A stretch of DNA of 64,000 bases from Celeribacter sp. (GTDB taxonomy: Bacteria; Pseudomonadota; Alphaproteobacteria; Rhodobacterales; Rhodobacteraceae): NCBI GenBank assembly GCA_047630475.1, contig JBLHXX010000004.1, forward strand, positions 11,374 to 75,373. Direction: 5' to 3'. Both the position numbers and the translations under genes were made by a program. Each line of letters opens with the position of its first letter. Position 1 is the first letter of the stretch. Below the pieces are notes generated by a model, which had not been told where the DNA came from, ran no database searches, and saw only the letters and a program-made list of their open reading frames with translations. This document shows positions 62,747 to 64,000 of the stretch, piece by piece.

Positions 62747-64000
62747 CTACCTTTGCGCATCTACAGCAGGAAAAATTTTGCCGGGGTTCATTATATTATT
62801 GGGATCAAGCGCGGTTTTCACGGCACGCATGAAAGCGACGGCGGGACCGTGCTCGGCCGCCATAAATTTGATTTTGCCGACGCCAATTCCATGCTCACCA
62901 GTGACCGTGCCACCGAGGCGCAGCGCAAGTTTACATAGGTTGTCAGTGAATTCCTCAACCCGCGCCAGTTCGCCTGCATTGTCAGGGTCGACCCCAACAC
63001 CACAGTGAAAATTACCGTCGCCGACATGCCCAACGATGGTCGATGTGAGACCCAAACGCAGACTGTCTTGTTTGGCCTCAACAACAGCTTCGGCCAATCG
63101 AGAAATCGGAACACAAACATCTGTGGCCAAGAATTTCTTACCGGGATTCAAAGACCACGACGCATAATGCGCCTTGTGACGCATCGCCCACAGGGCTGTG
63201 CGTTCTTCGGCTTTGGTGGTCCAAGAAAACCCTTCTGCCGAAAACTCTGCTGCGATATCGCCAAAGGTTTCAGCCTGCTCAGCCACGGCCGCAGGCGATC
63301 CATGGAATTCGACAAACAGATGCGGTTTTTCTGGCAAATCGCTTTTGGAATAGGTGTTAAAACCACGCACCATAACGTCATCTAAAAGCTCGATACGCGC
63401 CATTGGGATACCCGATTGAATGGTCAAAATCACGGTATTTACGGCGTCTTCGATGCTGTCGAACCGACAGGTTGCGGCTGAAACCGCTTCGGGAACACCA
63501 TGCAATTTGACCGTCAGTTCGGTGATAATGCCCAGCGTGCCCTCTGAGCCAATCAACAAGTGCGTGAGATCATACCCCGACGACGATTTGCGCGCGCCCG
63601 TCCCAGCTCGAATGATCGTGCCATCAGCCATCACAGCCTCAAGCGCCAAAACATTACCGCTCATCGTGCCATACCTGACGGCTGTGGTGCCCGACGCCCG
63701 CGTCGCAGCCATGCCGCCCAAAGACGCATTGGCTCCAGGGTCCACCGAGAAAAATAGGCCCGTTGCACGCAAATGCGTGTTCAAATCTTCACGGGTCAAA
63801 CCGGGCTGTACCACAGCCGTGAGGTCTTCGTCACGTACTTCTAGCACTTTGTTCATATTGGAAAAATCAAGCGTGACACCACCGTGAACAGGCAAATGTT
63901 GCGCCTCTAAAGACGTGCCTGCGCCATAGGCCACAACCGGGCAGGCATGCGTGTTACATAGCTTGACGATCTGCGAAACCTCATCCGTGCTTTGTGGAAA
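62747..64000 (-). CDS. FAD-linked oxidase, D-lactate dehydrogenase (cytochrome)-like; 5' end outside the window
   Basis: GAGTSLE, DPGANASLGGM, ARKSSSGYD, HVGDGNFH, TGEHGIG; frame stays open to the window end. Confidence 0.92.
   Translation of the reverse strand, partial: FPQSTDEVSQIVKLCNTHACPVVAYGAGTSLEAQHLPVHGGVTLDFSNMNKVLEVRDEDLTAVVQPGLTREDLNTHLRATGLFFSVDPGANASLGGMAATRASGTTAVRYGTMSGNVLALEAVMADGTIIRAGTGARKSSSGYDLTHLLIGSEGTLGIITELTVKLHGVPEAVSAATCRFDSIEDAVNTVILTIQSGIPMARIELLDDVMVRGFNTYSKSDLPEKPHLFVEFHGSPAAVAEQAETFGDIAAEFSAEGFSWTTKAEERTALWAMRHKAHYASWSLNPGKKFLATDVCVPISRLAEAVVEAKQDSLRLGLTSTIVGHVGDGNFHCGVGVDPDNAGELARVEEFTDNLCKLALRLGGTVTGEHGIGVGKIKFMAAEHGPAVAFMRAVKTALDPNNIMNPGKIFPAVDAQR

Overview
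64-kb chromosomal segment of a marine-type Rhodobacteraceae (Roseobacter-group-like) alphaproteobacterium; taxonomy is inferred from gene order and protein style only. Bases 1-33 kb are mostly housekeeping: groESL with a CIRCE element, ppaC, ribF, prs, the F1 atpHAGDC operon, gloB, clpA, an M23 peptidase, a non-flagellar MotA/MotB-type (ExbB + OmpA-like) gene pair, chaC, tyrC-hisC, rpsD, a Hint-domain protein and an LpxR-like protein. Bases 33.3-38.5 kb are a decay zone: a gspK-like fragment inside a putative TIR/TSD-bounded insert, an HpaR-like regulator, and GFA, matA and frcK remnants around an intact matB. The rest is carbohydrate metabolism: fructose ABC frcRBCA, a glycogen operon lacking glgP, an alpha-glucosidase, and an enlarged tetronate (ltnD-otnKCI, denD) sugar-acid cluster with extra enzymes. 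I saw no rRNA, tRNA, CRISPR array or intact transposase. Best novelty candidates: the orphan ion-driven motor pair with long coiled coils, the extended tetronate pathway (aminotransferase, BKACE, XylX-like), and a highly structured rpsD leader. All calls come from manual reading; no database searches were run.
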